Origin: Lama glama
Taxonomy: Eukaryota
Assembly (NCBI GenBank): GCA_028534125.1
Contig: CM052816.1
Location: forward strand, 18,168,001 to 18,232,000
Direction: 5' to 3'
DNA: 64,000 nucleotides
Shown here: positions 25,941 through 37,050 of the stretch, one piece after another
How positions within the stretch are numbered: the stretch's first letter is position 1
How the letters are laid out: each line of letters starts with the position of its first letter
The notes under the pieces: model-generated
Told to the model about the DNA's origin: nothing
What the model saw: only the letters and a program-made list of their open reading frames with translations
The model's database searches: none
Translations under genes and position numbers: made by a program

Positions 25941-26459
25941 TGCTATCCTATAACAAAATGGCACCTTGACAGAGTTTTACAGTTTAAATATTTCATACTT
26001 CTACCTTAAGATTATAATAAGCCCTAAGGAAATGTAACAAAGAATAACATGGAGTCTTTGTCACTAATGAATTAGAAGCCGGCAGAGAAGTATATGGACA
26101 TCAGAGCTCAAGATCAAGGAGACATGACCCCACCAGCAGCAGTGCAGGAACACCATGGAGATTCAAGAGGGAGATGAGAGCATAATGCTAGATAGTCATG
26201 GAGACAAATGGGGCAGACCTGAATGTCTGATGTAGAATAATCTAAGACACGTGCTGAACTGAGGAAGGGAAGGGGCAGAACGATATGCAGAGGGAACGTC
26301 CATTTGCTGGTACAGACGACTAAGATAGTCAAAAAACTGACAACAGAAAATGCCTCAAGGGAGAATGAAGAGGGTTGGGTGATGGGGAGACATATTTTCG
26401 TCATATGCCCTCAAGTATTTTGATTTTTTTAACACTATACAACTATAACTCTAAAAATT

Positions 26460-26602
26460 AGCACAGGGAACTATATTTAGTATCTTGTAGTAACCTTTAA
26501 TGAAAAAGAATATGAAAATGAATATATATGCATCACTGGGACACTATGCTGTGATACATTGTAACTGACTATATTTTAACAGAAAATTAAGTAAACAACA
26601 AT
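26460..26602 (+). mobile_element. Severely 5'-truncated camelid L1 tail (~140 bp)
   Basis: gcacagggaactatatttagtatcttgtagtaacctttaatgaaaaagaatatgaaaatgaa matches 11150-11215 and 63940-64000; flanking aattagca repeat at 26456 and 26603. Confidence 0.85.
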
Positions 26603-27574
26603 AATTAGCAAACAAACAAAAAAGACGTAGCTATTACTTCTGGTTTAGGGGGATGAATATTGAAGAGGTCAGTAATGGTTTTATGAAAAGAAAGATTGGA
26701 CAATTGAGCTGGGTCTTAGGGGATGGGCAGGGGTAGAACTTAGAGACAGGAAAAAAGGGAATGGTAAGAATCAAATTGTCACACTTAAAAATCAGCAAAT
26801 AGCATGCCATCTTTCTCTCTGCATCACAAATACCAATGGATTCCTCCCTGTGTAATCCCAAGACTAAGAAGCAAATGTATGCTCCATTACACAGAATGGA
26901 CTATCTATCTTACTTAGGGAGTCTGTATTCTGAATGAGTTGTATGTTCTGATTGAAGTGTTTGCTCTAGGTAATGTTTATTATCTTCCGGGTATCATAGA
27001 TGGAGAGAAAAAAAATAAGTTCACCAAGCTGCTCTTAAAACTCTCATACACAGTCCACCTCCCCAGGGCTTTATCTCCCACTGGAACTTCTGCCTGCTGG
27101 GCTCACTCTGCTGTTGATTGATCCCCAGTGTAGAAGGAGCCCTGGGGGAGACCCCTCTGTCCTGCAGTCTGTTCCCCCTCCCCATGTAAGTCCAGATTAG
27201 GGTCTGTTAAGGTTTCTGCACATTCATTTCTGCTTAGTTCTCTTAAAACTGCCCCATTTTCACAAGTAATTTCTGTTCCATATCAGAAATTCCTGCATGT
27301 TTCTGGCATGGGGATGTCGTCCTCTCTGATTTCCTGTACTGATGCAGGTTTTCTTCTCCCTGTTTTGGATTCTTTTGGTCTTTTTGGTCAGTGTATGGGA
27401 GGGGAGGGAGGGGAGGGAGCGCAGGGAGGGGTTGGGTTTCTAAATTCAAGTCACCATCCTTCCTAGATGCTAGCCTGAGTTATTGACTTCACAGTACTGG
27501 ACAAGACTAGGAACCTGTCAGAAACTGGACTGATGTTTTTATGTTTTACACAATTTATCTTATATTGTACTGTA

Positions 27575-27790
27575 GTGTAATGAAAACAAAAGGTGTTGTG
27601 AGTTAATAGACAGGGTTCAGATCCCAGCTCTACCACATTCTAGGGCAGTGAGTGAATCATTGAGTCTCGTTTTCTTCATTTGTAAAATGGAGGTGTTAAG
27701 AGCACCTACCTCACTGAACAGTTATGGGGGTGAAATGAGTTAGGGCATCTAAAACTTCAGCACCATGCCTGACACTCAGTAACTGCTTTT
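27575..27790 (+). mobile_element. MIR SINE
   Basis: gggttcagatcccagctctacca...ttttcttcatttgtaaaatgg...cacctacctcac...atgcctgacactcagtaa. Confidence 0.8.
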
Positions 27791-28639
27791 TAAATATTTA
27801 AAAGAACGTCCTCAACCTTCCCTCATCCCTAGATGTGGTGACTAAACTCAGACGTTCCCAAAAAGGTTCAGATTTCTCACACCTGGCTTTTTTCAAGAGT
27901 AGGTTTTTTAGAAAGAATGGTTCATAGTCAGATTCAGTTGGATCTAATCCGAAAAGCAATATAAAAATGCTAGAAGAATGTATCCTAGCTGTCTAGACAG
28001 GGCTCTTTGGACTGCTGGTGTCCAAACCCTCTGGCTCTTACTTTCCTCATTTGGGAAGTAAAATTCTATTTTCATCAGAATCTCACCAAGCTGCATTTAG
28101 CCACACTCTTTACAGATGGAACTACATTCTCAGGTTATGGAGCTGTGGGTTTCTTTTAATAAATGAGGGGATTTGTGTCTTCCCGAGCTTGATATGTAAG
28201 GAAGGAGCTGAGGATTAAAAGGGCAACTGGATGAGGATTTAAGTAGATTTATTGCAAATTATTATTGGAGTGCACTAGTTATGGGCCCAAGATTAAAGTA
28301 AGCTTTTTTCTTTCTCAAGAACATTTCCTTCAGTAGTAACAGACTGAAGCAAAAAAAAAAAAAAAAAAAAGCAAAGCCTTTTTCTTTTAAAAAATCATCC
28401 TCTAATAAATGGTTTAAACTGGGGAACTTCTCTGCACAATAAATTGGACACATTCAGGGACACACAGGAAAGATCATTCAGTAACACAACTAAAGCTGTT
28501 GTGCCTAACAGAACCACGTCAGCTAGAGTTAGAATGAGATGTTCACAGCAACTGACAACCAGTCAGCTGGAACACTTGCCACAGAATCAGCCTGAGACAG
28601 TTATACTCATATTAAATCCCTGCCCCTGATCCCTCCCCA

Positions 28640-29100
28640 GTGTTGCCCCTCTGACCTCTGTTCAAAACCCTTGAGTGGATTCCCAGTTCTCTCAGGAGAA
28701 AACAGCAACTCCTCAGCATGCCCTGCAAGTTCTTGCATGGTCCTGACCCTGCTTACTTCCCTAGTGATTCTGCCCTCACGTCTTGTATTCCAGCCACACT
28801 GGTCTCAAATGGAACATACTTCATGGCCACAGGGCCTTTGCAAATACTGTCCTCTCTACCTGGAATGCCCTAGTTGGTTCCTCTTCATGTTTTAGATTGT
28901 AGCTCATGTTTACAGTACAATTGGCCATGTCCAGAACATTTAACATTGCAATCAATGATTAAATGTATAAATTATTAATATCTGTATCTAAATTCCCCAT
29001 TAGAATAGAAATTTCATGAGGACAAGTAGTGTGTCTACTGCACTGCCCACTCTATTCCTAATATTTACAGAAGGCAAATTTCAATAAATATTCATTGACT
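28640..29100 (+). mobile_element. L2 3' region
   Basis: tccagccacactgg...cagggcctttgca...cctggaatgccct...ccccattagaatagaaatttcatgagg...tcaataaatatt. Confidence 0.7.
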
Positions 29101-30165
29101 AAGTCAACAAAGGGATTTGCAAACTCCATCAACACCAGAAGCTTGGACTACAAATCTAAGTTCAACAGATCTTTGAAGTGAATCTTATGAGTCACTTGGC
29201 TCCATGAGAGCTGGTGGACATAGATGTATGTGATATCTGTGGTATGTTGTGTCTGTATGTGTTGGGTATCAATTGATCTATGTTCTCACCCTTTCCTCTG
29301 TACTCTCTTCCCCTGGGTCTCATTTGTACTACCAGGTCCCCTGCCACATAGCCCTTTGTCTCTTCATTTCCTCCATCATGCACCTATTACCGGTCATTTC
29401 TGCTTTCTCTCCATCCCTCATAGACCAGGACCTTCCTGTGATTTGGCACAGCCTCAGTGACATTCACATTCATGGTCCCCAGGCTCCTGACTTGATGGCT
29501 CTCTTACTTCCCTGCCAAGACACTTAGAAATTCTTATTCCTAGGAAAATATGCAAAAGATAGATTCTCTCTCTCTCCCTCCCTCCCCCCCCCTCAGTTTA
29601 TAGGTTTTAGGGCCATGAATGTTAAGACAAATATGATCTTTTTTTAACCCTGGAATGAGCTGTAGGAGCCCCACAGTATTTTCCACTGAATATGTCCTGG
29701 ATTTCTTTAGTAATCCCTTTAAAGACACTAATGACACAGCTGGCTCTTCAAGAGGATGAAAACTGTATCACTAGGACTTTGGAAATGAAAGCTATTTGGA
29801 AAACAATTGAAAATTTCATGTAATGTTTCTGTGTCTGGAAAATCATTATAGTACGGATATATTCGTTTATTTGTTCATTAATTTAATGAGCATGTTTTGC
29901 GGGCCTAACACAAGCCAGGCACTGTGTTTCTATCTGGTTGGTGATTCAGTGGTGAACAGGGCTTATTGGGGGTTCTTTCCCCAGAAGGCATGCATTCATA
30001 TGGCAAGAAACAGACAGTGAACAATGAAATACACATTTCTGGCAAGTATAATGAATCAGGATACTATGAGTTAGTTACAAGCACTGAAAATCCATTTCTT
30101 CTTCCACAGCAAGAAAAGCAAAGCTATCCTGCCTTGGCCATGCTATTTGCACTGTCCAGTTCCTG

Positions 30166-30340
30166 TAGCGTTTTTCACACTGTGAGTGAAGATCCCCTAG
30201 TGGGTCATGAAATTATGCTTTTACTAACATTTTAAATGAATAAAAGAGAATAGAAAATATTAGAGATTACCTCACTTATTAAAGGTAAGTACTGACTTTC
30301 TAAATATGTGGATATACTGGCTCTGATGCAGAATATGTCC
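30166..30340. mobile_element. hAT-Charlie-type MITE fragment (family uncertain)
   Basis: agcgtttttcacactg...tagtgggtcatgaaat...gaatagaaaatattagag...aaggtaagta resembles a recalled Charlie-derived MER. Confidence 0.45.
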
Positions 30341-30799
30341 GACAGCAGGTCACCGCCAAACACGTGTGTAAGCATGGCTCCTGGGGCCAGAATCTCAGCA
30401 TTATCCCACCCTGTTAAGGTGCTAAGGAACCATTTATAATGAAGACAGGCAAGGCAGGTAGCTGGTTCCTTTGGGTAACAAGAAACAGGCACAGTCAAAT
30501 TCAGCCCTGTTTCAAAGGAACTTTCATTTCTCTAGATTATGAATCAAAAAATATTATCTGAACACATACTCAAGGTGAAGTGAAAAGAAGTTATCATTCA
30601 GCACAGGCAATTTAAAAAATGATATTATGGGGTAGAAAGCACTGGTAGAGCTTCCTAATTATAGATCTGCCACAGGATTACTAAATTGCTCAATTCATTC
30701 AACAAGTCTTTATCAAGTATCTATCATGTCCCAGGGACTGTGCTGAATAAATCATGCATGGTTCTTACTTTCATCAGGTATATAATCTTACTCATCACT

Positions 30800-30972
30800 A
30801 TTTAAATCCTCAACTCTGGTAGCAAAATATAATTATCTAGGGAGTATTTTAAATACACTGATTTTCATTCCCAAAGGTTCTGGTTTAATTACTCTGGGGT
30901 AGGGACCCAGAATGAACATTGCTTAAGCTATCCAGGTGACTCTTAATGTGCAGCCAGTATTGAGAACCAATG
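30800..30972. mobile_element. MER5B-like MITE
   Basis: ttctggtttaattactctggggtagggacccag...ccaggtgactcttaatgtgcagccagtattgagaacca. Confidence 0.7.
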
Positions 30973-32924
30973 GCCTATAATGGTCAATAAGAATCTTGCA
31001 AATCTGTATATTATTCAACTTTTCTTAAGACACCTAGAACATTGTCTGTTTTGGGGTGGCAGAATAACTTCTTTCAAAGGAAGAACTTTAAAATTCCTCT
31101 AAAACTCTGAGCATCTGTAAAACCCATGAATTATTTTTATCACTACTCTCAGGCTGAATACTGTTTAACAACCAGTTTTTCATTGTTTTAACCTTAAAAT
31201 TTTTTACTTTCATTATTATTTTGAACCCCATTTATGAAAATATTTCAATTCCTTATTATTAACCATTTCTCCTAAATGATTAACATTAAGGAGAGAAATT
31301 ATCTTTTGATTTCCACTTTTAGTGTCAATAATTAAAGTTCCTACATGAAATACTCAAACTGATAATCACTTGGATATTTGTTTCATTTTTGCTAGTGTTT
31401 TGTTCTATTAATACATTAATTAATTACTCATTCCTCTTCATGTTCTAACAGTGAATCTCCACACAGTCAAAGTTTATAAAAAACCCAAAAAAACAAACCT
31501 CTGCCTGATTCAAGTCCCCATTTTCTGAGCACCCTTTGTGTATTATCTTTTCAAAAATTTTTCAGGCTCATCTCTAACACGATGTTTTATGCTCTCTGAA
31601 GATAGGATTATGGTATCCGATTGAAGAACTCCATTCTACTTTATTTCCTTTTCAAATGAAACAGAGAAAACTAGCTGAAATATCTGGGAGCTTTCTGAGT
31701 TTCCCACAAACTTGGGCTCACTGCCCACTGATGATATTCCTATTTATTCCCTTCTCTGTAGGCATCTAGAGGTAGCTTTCACCTTCTTTCATTTCTTCAT
31801 TTGATCCTATGACTGCATGTGGGCTATAGACACATACAGTCACCTTGACTTAGGAGCTCCCAGTCGTGTGGTCTCAGGCGAGTCACTTAAATTCTCTGAA
31901 TCTCAATTTTCATATAGGCAAAATGTGAAGATAACATGGTTTAAGCATTAGACATAATGAATATGAATTACTCGGCACAGTGAGTATAACTTCTAGGGTG
32001 CACTGCTGGTAGACTGCTTTAATGCTGAAGTAGTAGGCTTCCCACATTTAATGACAATCCATTGTGCTAGAATAGGGCATACAGCATTTTTCCCTAGAAA
32101 TAATTTCAGTCCATTTCCCACTAGAGAAAGAAGGCTTAAACACTGAAGAATTGGTTCCCTAAGAGCACATCCATTACAGGGGCATTTGTTCATTCATTTG
32201 ACAAATATTAATCAGGTACTCTCTCTGTGCCAGGCTCTGGGCTGGGAGCCAGAGTTCCAGCAGGGATCAGGACAGACATACTCAGCTCTGTGGAACTTAC
32301 AGTCTTCCCAGGAAGACTAAAATTCTCAAGAGTGTGCTCTAGTGTGATAGGAAAAGTTGCCTTTCAGTGCCCCAGGGGCTCCACAATTGAAGAGTCCTTC
32401 CCTGACAAGAACAGAAACAATGATGACGAAGATGATGATGATGACAACGATGGCCTGCATCCTTTATTTGAAAAGATGAGGGCATTCTCTACTATCATTC
32501 CCTTTAAGGAATGTTAAGATTCCTTTCTCTACTTCCTGCAAGGGTATTTGGATCAAGGCCTGAGCTTTAAAGACTCGGTCCACTGTGAACAGGAATCCTT
32601 GAACTGTGATGAGTGCCGCCTGCTGACTGTGCGGAGGAGCTTTTGGTTCTCATAGGCTGATTGGAGAACAGTGCTCAGTCATTGGTTTTCACCAGGAGTC
32701 ACAGACTTTGCATTGCTGAATTTTCTCTCAGGTATTTTGCTATTCACATATATATATAGATATATCTTAAACACTCATTTGTTTCTTGCTTTTTTAAAAC
32801 ACTCAACACTCTAGCATGCATTTCAAACACGGATGCTTATTACATTTTTTCAAAAGTATCTTTTTAATTTATTACACATCATTCAGCCTTTTCCGTTACA
32901 TTTAGACATTATACATCCTCCCTC

Positions 32925-33360
32925 TTTATTTTTTTTTCTTTTAACACCTTTATTGTGGTATGGTTTCTGTACAGTAAACTATACATATTTCAGATGCAGA
33001 ATTTGTTGAATTTTGATAGATGTATACACCTATGAAACCACCACAATCATGACAGCTAACATTTCCATCACTCCCCAAGAGGTGCAAATTTCGAATTCCC
33101 AATTTATCCCTTCCCACTCCCTTTACCCACTGGTAACCATAAGTTTGTTCTCCATGTCTGTGAGTCTGTTTCTGTTTTGTAGATATGTTCATTTGTGTCC
33201 TTTTTTAAAATTCTACATATAAGTGATGTCATATGGCATTTTTCTTACTCTTTCTGGCTTACTTCATTTAGAATGACGATTTCCAGGTCCATCCATGTTG
33301 CTGCAATGGTATTATTTTATTCTTTTTTATGGCTGGGTAGTATTCCATTGTATGATACTG
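32925..33360 (-). mobile_element. Old L1M 3' end (32925-33080) abutting a truncated camelid-type L1 3' UTR fragment (33085-33360)
   Basis: tttattgtggtat...atttccatcactcccca, then ggtaaccataagtttgttctccatgtctgtgag...ccatccatgttgctgcaatgg. Confidence 0.75.
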
Positions 33361-33391
33361 TATTACAATACAGTAAATCTTCATATATAAA

Positions 33392-33926
33392 TTTTAAACG
33401 TTTTTTATTGATTTATAATCATTTTACAATGTTGTGTCAAATTCCAGTGTTCAGCACAGTTTTTCAGTCATACACGGACATATACCCACTCATTGTCACA
33501 TTTTTTTCTCTGTGAGCTACCATAAGATCTTGTATATATTTCCCTGTGCTATACAGTATAATCTTGTTCATCTATTCTACAATTTTGAAATCCCAGTCTA
33601 TCTCTTCCCACCCCCTGCCCCCTTGGCAACCACAAGTTTGTCTGTGAGTCTATTTCTGTTTTGTATTTATGCTTTGGTTTGTTTGTTTGTTTGTTTTAGA
33701 TTCCACATATGAGCGATCTCATATGGTATTTTTCTTTCTCTTTCTGGCTAACTTCACTTAAAATGACATTCTCCAGGAGCATCCATGTTGTTGCAAATGG
33801 CATTATGTTGTCGGTTTTTATGGCTGAATAGTATTCCATCATATAAATATACCACATCTTCTTTATCCAGTCATCTGTTGATGGACATTTAGGCTGTTTC
33901 CATGTCTTGGCTATTATAAATAATGC
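33392..33926 (-). mobile_element. Young camelid-type L1 3' end running into the gap
   Basis: Reverse-complement tail tcaataaaaaacgttt; ORF2 end [23 protein letters not shown]...HMRSLICGI. Confidence 0.95.
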
Positions 33927-34426
33927 NNNNNNNNNNNNNNNNNNNNNNNNNNNNNNNNNNNNNNNNNNNNNNNNNNNNNNNNNNNNNNNNNNNNNNNNNN
34001 NNNNNNNNNNNNNNNNNNNNNNNNNNNNNNNNNNNNNNNNNNNNNNNNNNNNNNNNNNNNNNNNNNNNNNNNNNNNNNNNNNNNNNNNNNNNNNNNNNNN
34101 NNNNNNNNNNNNNNNNNNNNNNNNNNNNNNNNNNNNNNNNNNNNNNNNNNNNNNNNNNNNNNNNNNNNNNNNNNNNNNNNNNNNNNNNNNNNNNNNNNNN
34201 NNNNNNNNNNNNNNNNNNNNNNNNNNNNNNNNNNNNNNNNNNNNNNNNNNNNNNNNNNNNNNNNNNNNNNNNNNNNNNNNNNNNNNNNNNNNNNNNNNNN
34301 NNNNNNNNNNNNNNNNNNNNNNNNNNNNNNNNNNNNNNNNNNNNNNNNNNNNNNNNNNNNNNNNNNNNNNNNNNNNNNNNNNNNNNNNNNNNNNNNNNNN
34401 NNNNNNNNNNNNNNNNNNNNNNNNNN
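33927..34426. other. Assembly gap (500 N)
   Basis: Run of 500 N. Confidence 0.98.
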
Positions 34427-35033
34427 AAAACAGGACAGCAGCATGTAAAGCAATGAAGCTAGAATACTCCCTTACACCATACACAAAAATCAACTCAAAA
34501 TGGATCAAAGACTTAAACATAAGACAAGATACAATAAACCTCCTAGAGGAAAATATAGGCAAAACATTATCTGACATACATCTCAAAAATGTTCTCCTAG
34601 AACAGTCTACTCAAGCAATAGAAATAAAAGCAAGAATAAACAAATGGGACCTAATGAAACTTACAGGCTTCTGCACAGCAAAGGAAACTATAAGTAAAAC
34701 AAAAAGACAACCTCCAGAATGGGAGAAAATTTTTCCAAATGAAACTGACAAAGGCTTGATCTCCAGAATATATAAGCAGCTCATACGACTTAATAAGAAA
34801 AAAATAAACAACCCAATCCAAAAATAGGCAGAAGACCTAAACAAGCAATTCTCCAAGGAAGACATACAAATGATCAATAGGCACATGAAAAAATGCTCAA
34901 TATCACTAATTATCAGAGACATGCAAATCAAAACTACAATGAGGTATCACCTCACACCAGTCAGAATGGCCAGCATTCAAAAGTCCACAAATGACAAATG
35001 CTGGAGAAGCTGTGGAGAAAAGGGAACCCTCCT
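34427..35033 (+). mobile_element. Young L1 ORF2 fragment (opposite orientation to 33392-33926)
   Basis: [17 protein letters not shown]...KWDLMKL...NNPIQK* (TGG>TAG) ...[11 protein letters not shown]; ends abruptly at agggaaccctcct. Confidence 0.95.
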
Positions 35034-35479
35034 TCACTTACAATTCACATTCAAGCCTGCAGAACTTTTACTCAACCTTTTCCATATTCTACTGTGCCTC
35101 CTTTCTTTCACACTGAGAATGCTGGCTCTAGGGGGACAGCAGAGGTGACAGAATAAGAATATTGATAATTACTCATTTGTTTTTTTCACATATTATACAT
35201 ATTCCAGTACTGGAATAACAATACTGATACTAATACTAATACTGGTGATGATACGATTATTGAAAACATTAAAATTATTTTTGCACATGTTCTGTATGTT
35301 CTCCCCTATATTAATTGGAGTTCCACTGTACCCACATTGTCATAGCATACAGTAATTATAAACTACAATCTCTCCTTAGCTCTCATTTAGTTTTAGTTCC
35401 ACAGGTACTTGTGTATCTAAGGCTCACTACTGGTCCTTAGATCTATTATCTCTCTAGTCATTTGGTGAAAACAAGTTTA

Positions 35480-36290
35480 TATGCAGACCACAGTGTTTTA
35501 TATTACCTTAGTCCTTTGCTGAGTTTGGCCATGTCATTTTTGAGTTTTTCTAATTCTGATTTCTACTGTTCTTTAATGCCTCATATCCTTTTCTTAATCT
35601 CTTTTAGTCTGTGCTGAAATACTAGGAAATGGTTTTATTCCATGTTGAGAGCGTATCTTTCTGGCATGCTTTCACTGTCTGTAGGGATGTTATTCTGCTC
35701 TTTATTTTCTTCTATCTTATAATAACTTGGTATGAATTTGACTTCCATACTTTGCTGTTGCTGATTTGTGTGTTAAATTGGTTTCCTGAACTTTTAGAAT
35801 GAGGCTTGGTTCAGGACAGCTTTTATAACTTCTCAGAGCACTCTCTTCTGTTGTATATAATGTTCAAAAATAGGGCAGCGGGCTTCAGGGGGCTTCCTGG
35901 CTCTTCCATCCCCCCATTTTCTCTTTCCTTGTCCTTGTTGTCTCCATCCTACTGGCAGTTTTCCTCAGGGCAGGCCTCTTTCCTGGTAGGTGCTCTGGCT
36001 GGGTGGTTTTGAGAATTCACAGTGGCTGGACCACTGCTACTCCCTCAAAGCTTTTTAGTGTGGACTCCTTGCACCCATCCAGTACTGGAGGGAGAAAAAC
36101 TCATTCTTCATTGTTCATTTCAGCTGCTGTTCTCAAATTAGCCTGCCTTGCTTTCCAGGCCCTGCCTACTGACTATTTTGGGGTTCTCTGAGTCTCAGCT
36201 CTATCAGATGCTGCCCTGTTGTTTCATTCTTCCACAAAAATGCCAACACCATCAAGATCTTGTGGCCATTGGTGGTTTGTCCCGATCTGC
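35480..36290 (-). mobile_element. Old L1M 5'/ORF1-region relic
   Basis: T-rich tttctaattctgatt...ctttctggcatgctttcactgtctgtagggatgttattctgctc resembles recalled old L1M 5' consensus; subfamily uncertain. Confidence 0.45.
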
Positions 36291-36352
36291 CTGCATTTAA
36301 TACCTCTTAGGTATTAATTTGGCTCTAAGAGACCCAAAGCTTAGCTAAAGAA

Positions 36353-37050
36353 ATGGGATCCTCAAGTTTCGAAGAACTGAATGTTCTGTCTTGCAGCACA
36401 CCTACTTAGTTTATATTTAAGAACTGTTTTCCTGAAAGCTGTAGATATCTACAAAAATGGCAAAAATCTTACTCAGACAACCTAGAACTACAATGGCCAT
36501 CATGGGAAATGTTCTAATTAGACAAGCTCATTCATTTAAGAGGTGCACTTGAGGGCAAGTTTCTCAAATCAAACAAACAGAATGGGATGCCTATTTTAAG
36601 TGGCATGACCAAGCCTCCAAAAGTTTTCAAAATTCTAAAATAGCTTCATTGAAAAATTTATCAAAAAAGTTACTGAAATTAAAGATGCAAGGTACCTAAA
36701 ACAAAAGATTATAAGACTGACATGACCCCTACTGCTCCCTTTAGCCTCCTTTACTCGGTAATCACAGCCCACCAATCCTCTATCTGAATTACCTCTCCAT
36801 GCTGAAGAGATTGTTAGACTGTAAACAAAAGTCTGCCAAGTTAGTATCCTTAAAGATGCCCCCATATCTACCCTTGAAACAGGGACCCCATATGGTCCCC
36901 TCCCAGGGTTGAAGTCTGACTAATTCTCTGGTAAACTGCTACCAGTTATTCCCTTAAACAGCAAAAGGGAAACCAAAATTAAAATGAGTGGTATACCTTG
37001 CCAAATTCTAGTTGATATGGGGCTACACGCTCTGCTTTAAACCCCACTCT
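36353..37050 (+). pseudogene. Degraded class-I (gamma-like) ERV internal fragment: gag N-terminus plus protease motif
   Basis: ATG 36353 reads MGSSSFEELNVLSCSTPT*FIFKNCFPESCRYLQKWQKSYSDNLELQWPSWEMF*LDKLIHLRGALE, then after a frameshift QIKQTEWDAYFKW. PTAP at 36728-36739. From 36948: IPLNSKRETKIKMSGIPCQILVDMG/ATRSALNP (LVDTGAT-like, frameshifted). Confidence 0.7.

Noticed and set aside
31264..31298. Short imperfect hairpin (tttctcctaaatg...cattaaggagagaaa)
   Set aside because: Too short and AT-rich for a pre-miRNA call; expected by chance.
32227..32517. ORF with an acidic DDEDDDDD run
   Set aside because: Arises from a short (GAT)n repeat downstream of an L2 fragment.
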